Origin: the human T2T-CHM13v2.0 reference genome, Homo sapiens | Assembly (NCBI RefSeq): GCF_009914755.1 | Contig: NC_060928.1 | Strand: one strand, 5' to 3' | Length of the DNA: 64,000 nucleotides | Shown: positions 17,633 through 32,399 of the stretch, piece after piece | Layout of the letters: every line of letters starts with the position of its first letter | Numbering within the stretch: the first letter of the stretch is position 1 | Notes under the pieces: model-generated | Told to the model about the DNA's origin: nothing | Database searches by the model: none | Seen by the model: the letters and a program-made list of their open reading frames with translations, nothing else | Made by a program: the position numbers and the translations under genes

Positions 17633-19003
17633 CTTGAGAACACAAAAAACACAATGCAGATTTGTTATTTCCACCTTCTTTGACAAAAACATTTTTTCTT
17701 CCACTTTAGGAAGGAAAGGAGTAGCTCTCACTAATCTAGAATCTACCGCTGGTGAAGTGCCCTGGGGTGTATAAACCTCTATGACACCAAACAAAGGGAC
17801 AAAGTTTGGCGGAGATGCTGAAAAGCTGAATGACTCTAATGACTACCTGACAAATCTTTCTTGAAAGTCAAATGGTTTCCAAATCTTTGCTTTCAGCAAA
17901 ATTGGGGAGGACCTAATCAAGGTGTCAGCTAATAAGAGTAAAAGTAATTTATGCTAGATGACTGTGAATTTGGGCAAATATCTCCAAAGGAGATCAAACA
18001 TGGATTGACATTGCTCCTTCCATTTATGCCCACTTATTTATATGACTATGATTCCTCGGGGCTTATATCTGTAAGACCCCAAAATAGAAGCAAAACTCAG
18101 GCAGCAACTATGTGATTCTTGGTAATATTCCACCCATTGATATCAGAACCAATGAACAAATAAAAGACATCTACCTCACTACAAGATAAACATCCAATAA
18201 AATATTAAATTCATGCTTTATAATTGTTAATCAAATGTGAAGTATAATACGTTTTTTGATCAATGGTGTGCTTATGCCAATTTCAATAACTCAATGTGGA
18301 AAATATTTTTAACATTTAACAGTCTTATGGTTACAGGAAACATTTAAAAATTAAATCTCCATTTATATACATAATATATTTTAGAAAAGTATGTTAAGGT
18401 AATCAATAAAATCCTTTCAAGCATAAAATACATGACATTAGGATAAAACATTTTGGAGAAAGTAGAATAAAAATGCTAGCTTGAAGAGCAAAATTAATGC
18501 TGTTATATTTAAAGCTGTTTATGTATTTTAAATGAATACTAGTGAGTATTTTATAATTTGGTATTTACATTGTATTGGAAAAATTTAAAGCATGATCTAA
18601 CAGTTTTATTTTAAAATGTCAATATTTGCACTACGCATGAAATGACATCTTTGAAAGTGTTTAAATATATGATGACAAATTTCAGCTGCCAACCAAAAAA
18701 TGTAAAAATGTATGTATAGTTTTACTAAATTATTTTAATGATACTCAAATAAAAACATTTCAAGGATACTCTATAAGCTACACTCACTAATCTTGATACT
18801 TTATCATAATTATTATTCCAAGTATTATACACAACAGACAACCTCACCTCATCCTTGAGCTCCACTTTATCCTTATGACACACCCCACGATGGTCTCACC
18901 CCAAAACATTAACGCCATTTAAGCTCTGAAACCATATCTGACAACCACCAAAATGGAAGAATTAAATGGCACACATTCAGCAAAGCTAACTAATGAACTT
19001 TAG

Positions 19004-19408
<405 letters not shown>

Positions 19409-19498
19409 TATCAAGCCAGTTTCTAAGGTGAGCATCTCTTCTGACAAGAAATGACTCCAGATGGACCACTGATCTCTCCTGTTGCTCCTACCACTCAC

Positions 19499-19534
19499 AG
19501 CCATGGCTGTTGCCTCTCAGTCTTCTAGTGTATT
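19499..19534 (-). other. Candidate start-codon exon ending gccATGGCT|gtgagt
   Basis: Strong Kozak context two codons before a consensus donor; weak acceptor with ctaat branch-like motif, so the 5' limit is uncertain. Confidence 0.35.
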
Positions 19535-20671
19535 CTACATCCAGAGGCAACAATTAGGCTTTTACTGTCTTCTTTCAAACGTCCAACATGTTTGTTACAG
19601 GGTAAGACATTCCAGATGTGAACGAAAAAAAAAATCTTTTCACTTAAAAATTTTCTTGAAGAGATTTCTGATTTTCCATGTCTGTGGGTTATTTAGAGTT
19701 TTATTCTAGCAATTTTTATTTGTTCTGGAATTAAATAATGGAAAGGATAGAAATGAAACTGATTTGAAAATATGTATTTAAAAGGTAATATGGAAGATTT
19801 ATATAAGCCTAAGCGTAACAGGTTGTACCACATGCTTGTTACTCAAGATAAAGCTCTATTAAAATGCTGTTTGATAAATTGATCTATTGGGAATATCTAA
19901 AGTTCTTATTCTCTCAATGAGGAGGAAGAAAGAATTATTTCCTTTCTGTAAATGGAGATGTTTCAAGGGTTTCCTCAAAATTAAATATAAGATTCAACCA
20001 GGGCATAACTCTCTGGCTCCAAAGGTGCCTTACAAATATGTCAAGCTGGAAGAAAATTGTATGTAATAAAATAAAACAAACCAGATTTTTGATTGCTCTA
20101 CTTCTTTTTCACCTTTCCAAAATATAGTCATAAAAAATGTAATTAAATCAGGTAATCCAGTTTGAAATTATGGTGATTTTTAATGCTGAATCAAAAAGAT
20201 GCTAAAGGGAAAACAACATTACCCATTTCCACCAAACACACACATCTAGAATTTGAAATCTCTACCTTTGCAATATGAAAGAAACCACTCAGACTTTCAC
20301 AAAATTATTTGTGCATGTAAAACATACACAGCAATGTTAAAGGTATTGAGGATTCAAGTTGAATAAAAAATAATCTCTCCATTCTAAGAGCTCACAGTCT
20401 ATAGGGAGCTAAAATTATAAATTGTAAGTTTATAATTGTATATTGTAAAAGGTAAATTTATAAATTGCAGTGCACTATGTATTTTAGTGAGAGGAATAAT
20501 AATCATTTTCTCCTACTAAGTGTGTTTCTTCTACTTGATAGCTACATGCCAAGCATGTGACTTAATATTTTTGGTCTCCTAATGGTGTCCTAAAGTAGAT
20601 CTTATTATCTACTAAATCTGAAGTTGAGAAAGAAAATGTAATCAATTTTACATAACAAATATGTAATTATG

Positions 20672-20964
20672 GGCTGGGCATGGTGGCTCACGCCTATAAT
20701 CCCAGCACTTTGGGAGGCCAAGGTGGATGGGTTGCTTGAGGCTAGCAGTTTGAGACCAGCCTGGACAACATGGCAAAACCAAGTCTCTACTAAAAATACC
20801 AAAATTAGCCAGGTGTGGCAGCACACGCCTGTAGTTCCAGCTACTCAGGAGGCTGAGGCAGGAGAATAGCTTGAACCTAGGAGGTGGAGGTTGCAGTGAG
20901 TCAAGATTGCACCACTGAACTCCAGCCTGGGTAACAGAGTGAGGCCCTGTCTCCAAAAAACTAA
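20672..20964 (+). mobile_element. Alu (AluJb or old AluS)
   Basis: Full dimer; degenerate TSD aaatatgtaattat / aagtatgtgattat. Confidence 0.9.
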
Positions 20965-21107
20965 AAGTATGTGATTATAGCATGAGAGATAATAAATGTA
21001 TGTAAAATGCATAGTGTAGCTGCTAGTACATTTTTAGTGTTTAATAAATGGCAGACACTAATGGTTGGTCTTGTAACACAATTGTAAGTCAATCAAAAAT
21101 GGAGAAT

Positions 21108-21322
21108 GTCAGGAGTTCAAGACAAGTCCGTGCAACATGGAGAAACCGCATCTCTAAAAAATATATAAAAATCAGCCAAATGTGGTCACCTGCACCTGTA
21201 GTCCCAGGTACTCAGGAGGCTGAGGTGGGAGATTGAGGCTGTGGTGAGCTGAGATTTCACTACTGCACTCCATCCTGGGTAACAGAATAAAACCTTGTCT
21301 CAAAATAACAAACAAACAATAA
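21108..21322 (+). mobile_element. 5'-truncated AluJ
   Basis: gtcaggagttcaagac..gaggctgtggtgagctgagat..gtctcaaaa. Confidence 0.85.
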
Positions 21323-23154
21323 GGGTATGGGAGTCAATGGAAAGGGGATTATAAGGAAAGACATTCTAGAAGAAGGGACACCCATAATAGGAGCTAAATT
21401 TTGCATGGACGGCCATGCAGATGATAAGTATTAGGGTATGAAATACTCTCTGCCTGACTTTCATGAAAACGTGCTGCTGGTTGTCCTTCTGCCTCTTTTC
21501 TTGCAATTTTTCATGATTTTTCTTAGCTGGATTTTCCTCTTCTATTCACTGGCTAATTCTGAAATGTTTCCAGGGCTTTGTCCTCAACCCTCTTTGTTGG
21601 TTCTTGTAATTCCTCAAAAGTGAACTCCTCCATTCCCATGACTTTAAATGCTACCTTTATGTAGGTAACTTTCAAATTTATATTATCAACTGTAGCAGAC
21701 CCTCTAAGCTCCAGGCCTATATACCCAATTCCATACTCGTCTTCTTCATTTGAGTATCTCAAAGGCATCCCCAAACTTGTCTGCTCAAATATGAAAATGT
21801 GTTTACTCCTAAAACCTGGATTTTCCCCATTCATTGCCATTAAAGTTTCTATTACTTTTCAGTTGCTGATGCCAGGACTCTGGGGGTTATCCATAATGAT
21901 TTCTTTTTTTTCTAGCAACATGAAATCCATTAAAATCTGTTATCGGCTTCACCTCCAAAAATATATTTTGAATCTACCTCACCTCTCCCACTATTGCCAT
22001 CATCACTATTCACCTAGTCCACACTTGAAAACTTCCCTCTTGGTGTTTTTGTGTGTATGGTTTAAATATGTTCCCCCAAAAAGCATGTGTTGGAGACTGA
22101 ATCCCCAATGCAATGCTATTAAGAAGTGGGAATATTGACAGTATTAAAATTATGTCATGAAGCAGAGCCTCCCTCACTAATGGATTGATGCCATTTTCAA
22201 TGGAGTGGGTTCCTAATAAAAGGACAAGTTTTGCCCCCTTCTCTTTCTCTCCCATTCTCTCTTTCTCTTGCTTTCTTACCTTCTCTCTCTCTCTCCTTCT
22301 CACCCTTTGCCATGGAATGATGCAGCAAGAAGGCACTCCCCAGATTCTGGTCCCTCAGTCTTGGATGTTCTAGCCTTCAGAACAATGAGCCAAATAAATT
22401 CCTGTTTATTATAAAATACCCGGTCTGTGGTATTCTGTTATGACAGCACAAAATAAAATAAGACAAAATTGGTACAAGAGTAACTAGAGTATGGATATAA
22501 CAAATACATAAAAATGTGAAAGCATCTTTTGAACTGGGTAATGGGCAGAAGCTGGAAGAGTTTGAAGGAGCAGGCTAGAAAAAGCTGATATTGCCCTGAA
22601 CAGAGCATTAAGTGCAATTCTGGTGAGGGGTCAGAAGAAGAGAACAACTGTAGGAAAACTTCTTAGAGATTACTTAAAGTGGTCATAATCAGGTTGTTAG
22701 TAGAAATATGGATAGTAAAGGCAATTCTGATGAAGTCTTAGATGAAAATGAGGAATATCTTATTGGAAACTGGAGCAAAGGCCATTTTTACTATAGAGTT
22801 GAAAAAAAACAAAAAACAAAAGCAAACAAAAAGAGAATACCCTGGCAGAACTGTGTCCATGTCCTAGGGCTTTATGGAAGGCAGAATTTAAGAGCAATAA
22901 ACTAGGATATCTAGTAGAACAAATTTCGAAGCAAAATATTAAAGGAGCTGCACAGCTTCCTTTAACCACATACAATAAAATGAGAATGGAAAGAAATGTC
23001 TTAAAGGCAGACTTTATAATTAAAAGGGAAGCAGAATACAAAGCTTTGGAAAATTTGCAGCCTGGTCATGTAAAAAAAAAAGAAAAAGAAAAAGAATTTA
23101 AAAAATAAAAAAACCTGCAAGGGTGCCACCAACGGACACTTTGATAAAGAGATT

Positions 23155-23782
23155 TGTTAATGGAAAAAACTAACTCTGTACAATATTTTAAAGAGGTTTA
23201 TTCTGAGCCTATATGAGTGTCCATGGCCTGGGAAAAAAGTCTTAGAAGAGCCTGCAAAAGTGCATCTGAGGCAGTCTGGATTACAGTTTGGTTTTATACA
23301 TTTTAGGGAGGCAAGAGTTACAGGCAAGGACATAAATCACTATATGGAATTTGCCCCCAAAAGGCGGGACATCTTGAAGCAGGGGCTCACAGGTTACAGG
23401 TGGATTCAGAGGTTCTTTACAGTTGGCTAAAGGAATAAGGCTCTAAAATTTAGAGTCAGCAGAAACATACGTTTTAAGTTAAGAATGCTGTGTAGCAAGA
23501 TTGACAGCCTGCAGGTATGACTTAACCCTTGCCTTGAATGGACCTAGGTTTTATTTTTAACCTGTTATCTTATTGCCACTAGAGTCTGTTTTGTTAGTCT
23601 TGTTTCTATTTCTGGTTAGTTGTGCCTAAAGTCCAAAAGAGAGGAGGTATAATAAGGCATATCCGATCTTTCTTTCCATCATTGTCAAGAACTTTGTTTT
23701 TCAGGTTTTTCTGGGGTCCCCTTGTCCAAAAGGGGGTTTGTTCACTCAGTTGGGGGGCTTAGGGTTTTATTTTTAGTTTGCA
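23155..23782 (-). mobile_element. MER4D/E-like ERV1 solo LTR inside the MSTD internal region
   Basis: TG..CA termini, 4-bp TSD GATT at 23151-23154 and 23783-23786, MER4 motif aaagaggtttattctgagcc. Confidence 0.8.
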
Positions 23783-24994
23783 GATTAGTAGAGATAAAAG
23801 TAGGTCAGGTGCTATTCAAGACAATGGGAGAATGACCCCAAAGGCATGTAAGACACCTTGGAGGGAAGAATGGATTTGGGGGTTGAGCCGGGGCATACTC
23901 CACAGGCTTGCTGCCCAAGGCCATCTTGGGACTCTGCTCTCCACATTCTGGTACAGGGCTCCTTGGCCAGCCCAGCTGTGATTCACGTTGTCTTGGGTGC
24001 AGCTCACACTGCTGCTCCAGAGGGTGCAAGTGATAAGCCTTAGCTATGTCCATGTGGTGTTAATTCTGCAGGTTTTACAGAGTGTACAAGGTGGGTGGCC
24101 ATGGAAGTCTCTACTTGGATTTGGAAGGATGTATCAGACAGCCTGGGGGCCCAGGCAGAGACTTGCCACAGGAATAGAACCACCGCAAAGAGTTCCCACT
24201 AGGGCAGTACCTAGTGGAGCCATGAAAGTGGGGCTTCAGTTGAAACACCAGAACTGTAGAGCTGTCAGCATGCAACTCCAGCCTGGGAGAGCTGCAGGCA
24301 TGATACCTGCTGCAAGCTGTGAGCACTGCTGCATGGGCTAGTCACAACAAAGCCATGAGACAGAGAAACTTGAGGCCTTGGTGGCACAACCTTCGCCCCA
24401 GTGTGCCCAGAAGGTGGGACACAGAGTTAGGAAAAATTCTGGAGCCTTAGGTTTACTGTTGGGTTTTGGACTTAAGTAGAACCTGTTACGCCTTTCTTCT
24501 CACCTATTTCTCCCTTTTGGAATGGAAATGTCTACCTTATGCCTTTCCCACCATTATATTTTTGAGGTTGACAACTTGCTTAATTTCACAGGCTCACAGC
24601 TGGAGGGTAATTTGCCTCAGAATAAATCATGCCTTGAGTCTTACCCATATCTGATTAAGACGTGAGATTTTGGATTTTGGATCTTTTGAGTTGGTGCTGG
24701 AAGGAATTAAGACTTTAGGACTATTGGGATGGAATGAATGACTATATTTTGCATGTGGGAAGGACAAAAATTTTGGAAGCCAGGGATGTAAGGTTATGGT
24801 TTGAATGTGTTTCTCATAAAAACATTTGTTAGAAACTTAATCCCAAATGCAACAGTATTTAAAAAGTGGGAAGTTTAAGAGGTGTTTAAGCCCCTTCCAA
24901 TCTCATCCTCTCACCCTCTGCCATGGGATGACTCAGGAAGTGGGCTCTCAACAGATGCCAACCCCTTGATTTGGGACTTCCCAGCCTCCAGAAC

Positions 24995-25413
24995 TGATAT
25001 AGTTTGGATGTTTGTTCCTTTCAAATCTCATGTTGAAATGTAATCCCCAGTGTTGGAGGTGGGGCCTGGTGGGAGGTGTTGGATCATGAGGGCAGATCAT
25101 TCATGAATGGCTCAGTGCCATTTCTTTGGTGATGAATGAATTTCTGCTCAGTTAATTCATGTGAGATCTGGCTCTTTAAAAGAGTCTGGGACCTCTGCCT
25201 TCTCACTCTTGTTCCCCCTCCTGCCATGTGATACAGTGGCTCAGTCTTTACCTTACACCATGATAGGAAGCTTCGTGAGGCCTCACCAGGAGCAGATGCC
25301 AGCACCATGCTTCCTGCACAGCCTTGGAACCACAAACTAAAGTAAACCTCTTTTCATTATAATTACCCAGCCTCAGGTATTTCTTCACAGCTGCACAACA
25401 ATGTACAAGTACA
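24995..25413 (+). mobile_element. MSTB solo LTR inserted in the MSTD 3' LTR
   Basis: tgatatagtttggatgtttg..aca; 5-bp TSD AGAAC at 24990-24994 and 25414-25418. Confidence 0.85.
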
Positions 25414-27544
25414 AGAACCATGAGCCAATAGTTTTCTATTTCTTATAAATTACCCAGTTTGTGGTATTCTGTTATAGCAGCACAAAGTAACTAACACTGT
25501 GCTTTCACTCCTCTCCTCCCCTAACCACCCTCAATCTACCCCTAGAACTACAGTCAACATGCTCTTTTTTTTAAGCCACAATTCTGATCTTCTCACTCTT
25601 CTGCTTAAAGCCTCCAACGACTTCCTATGTTATATGAAAGAAAGCCAAACTTCTTATTATCACCTGAATCATTATGACCTGTCATTCATGATAGGACTAC
25701 TGCTTATTTCTTTAACCTTATCTTGCGATATCATTCGTATGCTCCAGAGACATTGGCCTTCTTTCAATTATTCCCAGAGGTTAAGTTTTTTCTTTCTCAG
25801 GATGTTTACACACATTTACTACCTGGAAATATCTTCATCCATGGATTACACAGCTTTTCTCTTCTTTACATTGATCAAGAGTTTTAACATCATCTCCTCA
25901 GAGAGGACTTCTCTAATTATGATAACTAAGAAGAATTATTGATGACAATTTTTTATTGCATCCGATCCCTTTCTCTCTCTTCACTCACTTTACAAATACC
26001 CATGTGTTTACTTATTTCCTATCTTCCCAATTGAAATGTAAGATTCACAAGGCCTGAGATTATCTATTTGGTTCACTGAAGTATTAATATATCTAGAGCT
26101 TATCAGAATGTTTGACAATAGTTGATACTCACAAATATTTGCTAAGGAACTAAATACAAAATTAATGTTTTATTTAATGAATGAAGGAGGAACAGTATAG
26201 GGACTTCTAAACATTTGGGAAGCAGTCAAACAAAACTACATCTTGTTTAACCCACCTGTAAAATAGGGGAAAAAAATGACTATCTTTACTAAACTCTTAG
26301 AGATAGAATAAATATTATAAGAAGGAAATCGATGTGGAAGTCTGGAAAGTTGAAGGCTTCAAATAATTGGCTTTTATTAGTATTTAATTATTAGTTTTAA
26401 ACACATTATTATCCTAGATAATATAAATTCTAATTATTGATAACTACATGCTAAAAGAAAGTTAGTCTCTTCTTGACAATTGTGTACAATGTTCCAGTAC
26501 AAGTGCATATATAGGAGTTTCTATGTTAATAAGAAAATCGAGTCAACATGACTTCATGGACTAAAAAGATCTAAGAACAACAAAAAACGACCAATTTCCA
26601 CTTCCTGCCTAAGGCTGACTTAATGTGGAACTTCAGAAAAATTGCTTGACATCTGTGGGACTCAGTTCCTCCATCTGTAAAATGGAAACTCTTTCTTAGA
26701 AAGGACTCTGAAAAATAACTGAATGAGAGCAATCACTAATTGTCAAGAACGAGGTTGGAAATGAGGTGCCATCTGCATATTAAGGACTATTCATTCTAAT
26801 AAAGCACAAAGGTCACTAATTTACATCTTTCTCCTTCGAGAGACTCAGCCAAATGGTCTTGGAACACTTTTGCCGAAGTCTCTATTAGGCCCTTGCATTG
26901 AGCTCACAATGTCCTGGAAGTCAGGAAGAAAAAATTAATTTTTCACAATAATAGGTGTCCTGCAAGGGTAATAATGTATTTCAAATTTCTTTCTATGCAG
27001 CTCTTTGGTAATCCACAGATAATGCTTGGCAAACAACAGCTGAGATAAAAAGTTTCCTCCTTTAGTGATTTTCCTTTTGATCACCAAAGCCAATATTATT
27101 GGGACAGTGAGCCAGTGCTCATCATGCCCTGCTAATGGACTCAACCCAGACAACCCCCCCAGAGTCTTACACTTAGGAAGCTTCCTGCATTCCGATGCCC
27201 AATTCATCCTCTGGAAATATTACTTTAAACAAGTCACTTTCCTGCTTAAAGACCCTCAGGGCCAGTTACCCCTGTGGTCTTCCAGAGACATTAAAAAGTC
27301 AAGCCCATGAACAGAACCCAGCTGGCATTCCAGACTCTCCATGTCACTAGCTTGTCTTCTGGTGCTCTCCTTCAGGTCTCCCACACTATAGCCAAAGTGA
27401 TCTGAAAATTAGTTCCTGGTGCTGCAGTCCCCGTGGTTGTGCATGCTGATTCTTCTGGGCATTTTATTTAAGCTAAACAGAGCTCTCTATTTTAAGCCCT
27501 CTATAAACCCTTCACTAACTGATCCTCTTCCTGGAATTCTCTTC

Positions 27545-28090
27545 AACCATGTATTCGTTCAATGCATGCTTATTGAGCACCTACTATGTACAAGCCTTGG
27601 GCACAGAGCTGCAGAGACAATAGACAAATTGCTGACTCATGAAGCTTAAATATTGCTGAAGAGAGGTACCCCAGAAACAAACACAACAATGGTATGATAA
27701 ATATAATGAAGAAAAATAACAGAAGCTAAGGCATGACGGGTAGTAAGGAGTTGGGGGAAGGAATGTCACGTATGGCCATGCAGAGCCTCTCTGGATGGGT
27801 AAGAATTGAGTGGAAAGCTGAATGATGGAAGGAAAACATCTCTGTGTGTATGGTGGTGGTGATACGTTGGAGAAGGAGTTCCAGGAAAAGGAAATAGTTA
27901 GGAAAAGAGCCTGTCTGGTTTGAGAGAAAGCTTGGAATTTCAGAGGCTTGAAGTAACTCAAAATGAGTGAAAAAGGGGCAAGCAAGTAGGGGACAGAGGT
28001 AATTATGGAGAGAGTGGAAGACTTCATGCCTGGTAGATGTTTTATTTCCTGGAGATGAGACAGCATGAGTGGGTTTTAGGAAAGAAGGAG
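27545..28090 (-). mobile_element. L2 fragment
   Basis: attcgttcaatgcatgcttattgagcacctactatgt.. Confidence 0.7.
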
Positions 28091-28522
28091 TGTATTAGTC
28101 AGGGTTTTCTAGAGAGACAGAACTGGTAGGATATGGAAGTTTATTAAGGAGTATTGACTCACACGATCACAAGGTGAGGTCTCACCATAGGCCATCTGCA
28201 AGCTGAGGAGCAAGGAGGCCAGTCTAAGTCCCAAATCTGAAGAACCTGGAGTCTACATTCAAAGGCAGGAAGCATCCAGCATGGGAGAAAGATGTAGACC
28301 TGAATATAAAACTAGTCTAGTCTTTCCGAGTTCCTCTTCTTGCTTTTATTTTGGCCATACTGGCAGCTGATTAGATTGAACCCACCTGGATTGAGGGTGG
28401 GTCTGCCTCTCCCAGTCCACTGATTCAAATATTAATCTCCTTTGGCAATACCCTCAAAGACACACCCATGATCAATACTTTGTGTCCTTCAATCCAATCA
28501 AGTTGATACTCGGTATTAACCG
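28091..28522 (-). mobile_element. MLT2A (MLT2A1-length) ERVL solo LTR
   Basis: tgtattagtcagggttttctagag..gcaagctgaggagcaagg..ttcaatccaatcaagttgatactcggtattaacc; probable TSD aggag. Confidence 0.85.
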
Positions 28523-29120
28523 AGGAGTGATACCTTTTGACTTAGTACTTTAATAGTCCCCCTGATTTTTTTCCCTCCACTCAGTGAGGCTGCAGTGCTG
28601 AGTTAGGGGCTCCCTCCTTGCACTGCAGTCCAGAAAGCGCTTCCCCATAGAAAGCTGGGGCAATTGTAGAGCTCGTATCAATTGCTTCTCTCCTCTGTCC
28701 TATACTTCCCGTTTTCCAATGCCTCACGACAATCATTTTGTACATTTTGACCTGTTTTCTTGTTATTTACAGCAGGAGGGCAAGTCCAGTACCAATTAAG
28801 AGGAAGCTTTAAATGATTTGCTTTTGAAATTATTCTCTTTATAGTTTGAATGGTTATAATTATTTTGTTGTCTGTTTTAAAGGGAACGGGAAGATTTGGA
28901 AGGAAAATGTTTAGGTTGCTCAGACAATCTAGAAAAACCACAATTCCAAGAGAAGTTTATGAAAACTGTAAATTCAGAACACATTTGTCCTTTCTACCTA
29001 TGGAGGGAGAGGTACATCTGATCACTTATTTAATTTATATATGTCTAAGACATCATATTGTGGGCAATGTCTGCTCCAGAAAGTCTCTTTCAGCTTTATT
29101 TAGTGCTGACACTAAAATGA

Positions 29121-29532
<412 letters not shown>

Positions 29533-30048
29533 TGAAATAAGTTTTGATTGGAAAGGGAGGACAGACTGTTAGAGGATGGAAAAACATGAAGTCACATGTC
29601 TAACACCACCAATTATTTCAAATAATGTTGGCTTCAACTCATCTGCTAAAGCAATAGATCACAAGTCTCACTCTTCTTATTAATCCACACATATATATTT
29701 TGTCTTTCTACCATTTGTTTTTAGTTTGCTTCCCTCAATCCACACAGTATTTTTCCTTCAAGGCCCAATACATACCCAACTCTATTAAAAAGACTTCCCA
29801 ATTCCTGTTATTTCCTGTTGTGTATATTTGTTGTTTATGATGTGTTTGGGCCCTTAGTCATAAACTCTACTCTGAAGGGTTAGGTTATCAGATGAATCGA
29901 TATCCTTCCACTATATCTATGGGCTCTTTGGAGCATTAGATATTTTTGTATCTCTCACAGTTCTAGAAACTAGGAACTCTCAGTAAATATTTAATGAATT
30001 GCTTAACATTGTTACATGTAATTGTATGGATCAATTGCTCATCATGAA

Positions 30049-30393
30049 TGTCTTAGTGCATTTGAGGTGCTATAACAAAATACCATAAACGAGGTGGCTT
30101 CAAAACAAAAGAAATTTATTTCCCACTGTTATGGAGGCTAAAAAATCCAAGACTAAAGGCAGTGGCAGATTTCATGTCTCATGAGAACCTGCTTCCTGGT
30201 TCATAGATGGCTGTCTTTTCACTGTGTCTTCACGTGGCCGAATGGATGAGGGAGCTCTCTGGGGTGTCTTTCATAAGGGTACTAATTGCACTCATGATCA
30301 CCTCCCAAAGGACCCACCTCCAAATATGTTCACGTGAGGGATTAGGTTTCAAGCTATGAATTTAGAGGGGACATAAGCATTCAATCTATCGCA
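30049..30393 (-). mobile_element. MLT1A0-like solo LTR
   Basis: tgtcttagtgcattt..gctataacaaaatacc..ggttcatagatggctgtctt. Confidence 0.8.
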
Positions 30394-30399
30394 CTAAAA

Positions 30400-31160
30400 A
30401 TACAGAAAAATATTTTAAAAGAATAAAGGCATTTGGTAAATTAAGGTAAATTAAAATAAAGAAAGTAAAAGTAAAAGACATGAACCAACAATCTACTGAA
30501 GATATGTGTATGGCCAATAAGCCCACAAAACTATTTAACTTTAATAGTTATCAAAGAAATGAAAATGACAACGAGATATATATTTTCCATTTTAAAAACA
30601 GGCAAGCATATTTTTAAGTAATAATATTCAATGTTAAAAAATTGTAGTGAGAATGGAACATCTTTTTACTAGAGGATGTATAAATTAGCACAAACTTTCT
30701 GAAAATCAATTAGCAATATATATGAAGAGCTTAAAACAATTCATATCTTTTTATTCTATTTTTAAAAATCTACCCTTTGGGAATTATCAGAAATTTGCCA
30801 AAGAAATGTGCAGGAAAGGATGTTCCTCAGCATTATTCATAACAGTGCATAAAAAAGCAAATATCAACCAATAAGGGAGAGGATAAATAATAGCACATAT
30901 AATAAGATTTTTATGTAGCCATTAAAAATAATGTTTCAAAGAATATTTAATGGCATACAGTATGACATGAAGTAAAAAGTCAGGCTACAAATCCATATGT
31001 AAAAATGCTAACAATTTTGTTAAAGTCTAGCTCCACAGGCAGAGAAAGCAAAAAGAAAAAAAAAGAGAAGATAGACAAAATATTTAAAAAAGCAACAAAT
31101 AATAAGATTATCTTTTTATTTCCAAGTATATTAGTAATTACATTAAATGGAAATGGATGA
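30400..31160 (+). mobile_element. L1ME-type 3' fragment
   Basis: Decayed ORF2 3' end and UTR motifs (atggccaataagc, tgtataaattagcacaaactttctg, atgtagccattaaaaa). Confidence 0.65.
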
Positions 31161-31374
31161 AATACCCTTCTGGCTCTTATTCTTTCTAAATGGAAGTGCC
31201 TATTTGGTTATCGTCTCTGTTATTTACTATTCATTTAGTGGCTTCACTGGAAATTACAATTCGCATTGTTGACCTTAAATTAACAATTTTTACTGTCTCA
31301 AAGACAATGCAAGTAATAAGACTTTTAACCTCATCTTTTGTGCTACTACTATCTTTTTGGCTACGATGTTTCAA

Positions 31375-32381
31375 TAGGCACTAGTAAATGTTTGGCAACC
31401 AGTTATCAAGGGAAATTGCATGCCTATATATGTGCATGAATTGATTTTACTTTATCCTCATATAAAGGGTGAATATTTGTACTAAGTGTACAAATAATAA
31501 AATATATAGTACAGTGGCTAAATTTCATACAGCCAATTGATTCTTACAGAATGCCTATGTTTAATTTTTTCTAATTCTTGCATCCTTAGTCAAACTATGG
31601 TTGATATTGAGTAATATAGTATAGTTACAGGTGAACAAAGTATAGTTATGATATGAATGGGTTCATATCTTAGTAATATTAATAATCACTGTGAAAATGA
31701 AACAATGAAGATGTTTTGATCAAACTCTGAACAATGTCAGAGTTTGACAGATGGACATTAGCAATTTCTTTGCAAAATTGAATAATAATCTGCATAACCA
31801 ACTTTTACTTCATTACTTTCTGGACAGTGAATAAAGACAATAAACCAAGTTTTGAGTTGTGGAGTTTACCAGTTTCCATGATGTAAATACTCTCATGATG
31901 CCCATCTCTAAATTACAATGCAACGTCACTGAATGTCTGTTGGGAAGAGATGTGCAGTAGTAGTATACCACTATGTAGTAATCTAACCATAAATTTTTTT
32001 TAAGAGACTAGGTCTCACTATGTTGACCAGGCTGGTCTCGAACTCCTAGCCTAAAGTGATCCTCCCATCTCGGCCTCCCAAACTAGTGGCATTACATGTA
32101 TAAGCCACTATGCCCAGGCCATCATCATAAAGATTTAATAGAAGCAAATAACCTCAGGAGCACAGATATAATAAAATGTAGTAAAATAATTAGGAAGTGA
32201 TGACTTTTGAGTATTTATTACATTTGTTTTTCATATCATGTATTTAATTATAATTGTATACAATTTAATTTTTAATAATGGTTAAAAAAATAAGGCATTT
32301 AACCACCAGCTTTCAGAATTACTGAATGTTTAGCAGTAAGTTTCTACAAACCAGTGCTAGCTGGCTCCAGTATGTCACTGG
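31375..32381 (-). mobile_element. MER63-like hAT-Blackjack element containing a FLAM/Alu monomer (31993-32120, minus strand)
   Basis: Termini tagtaaatgtttggcaaccag / gctggctccagtatgtcactg; internal aaaataattaggaagtgatgacttttgagtatttatt. Confidence 0.75.
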
Positions 32382-32399
32382 AACTTATATATCCTTCAA

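Larger units (their letters stand above)
22054..25496 (+). mobile_element. MSTD-like MaLR provirus: 5' LTR 22054-~22466, internal region, 3' LTR ~24793-25496
   Basis: Two related LTRs flank MaLR internal sequence (aattggtac..aaaatgtgaaagcatcttttgaactgggtaatgggcagaagctggaagagtttg); TSD ttgtg/ctgtg. Confidence 0.8.
21440..26190 (+). mobile_element. L2 LINE interrupted by the MSTD provirus
   Basis: L2 motifs on both sides of the provirus and terminal tcacaaatatttgct..aatgaatgaa. Confidence 0.65.

Noticed and set aside
25499-28066. 147-aa and 160-aa ORFs (25499-25942, 27584-28066)
   Set aside because: Both lie in decayed L2 sequence with low-complexity Leu/Ser/Phe composition and no recognisable domain.
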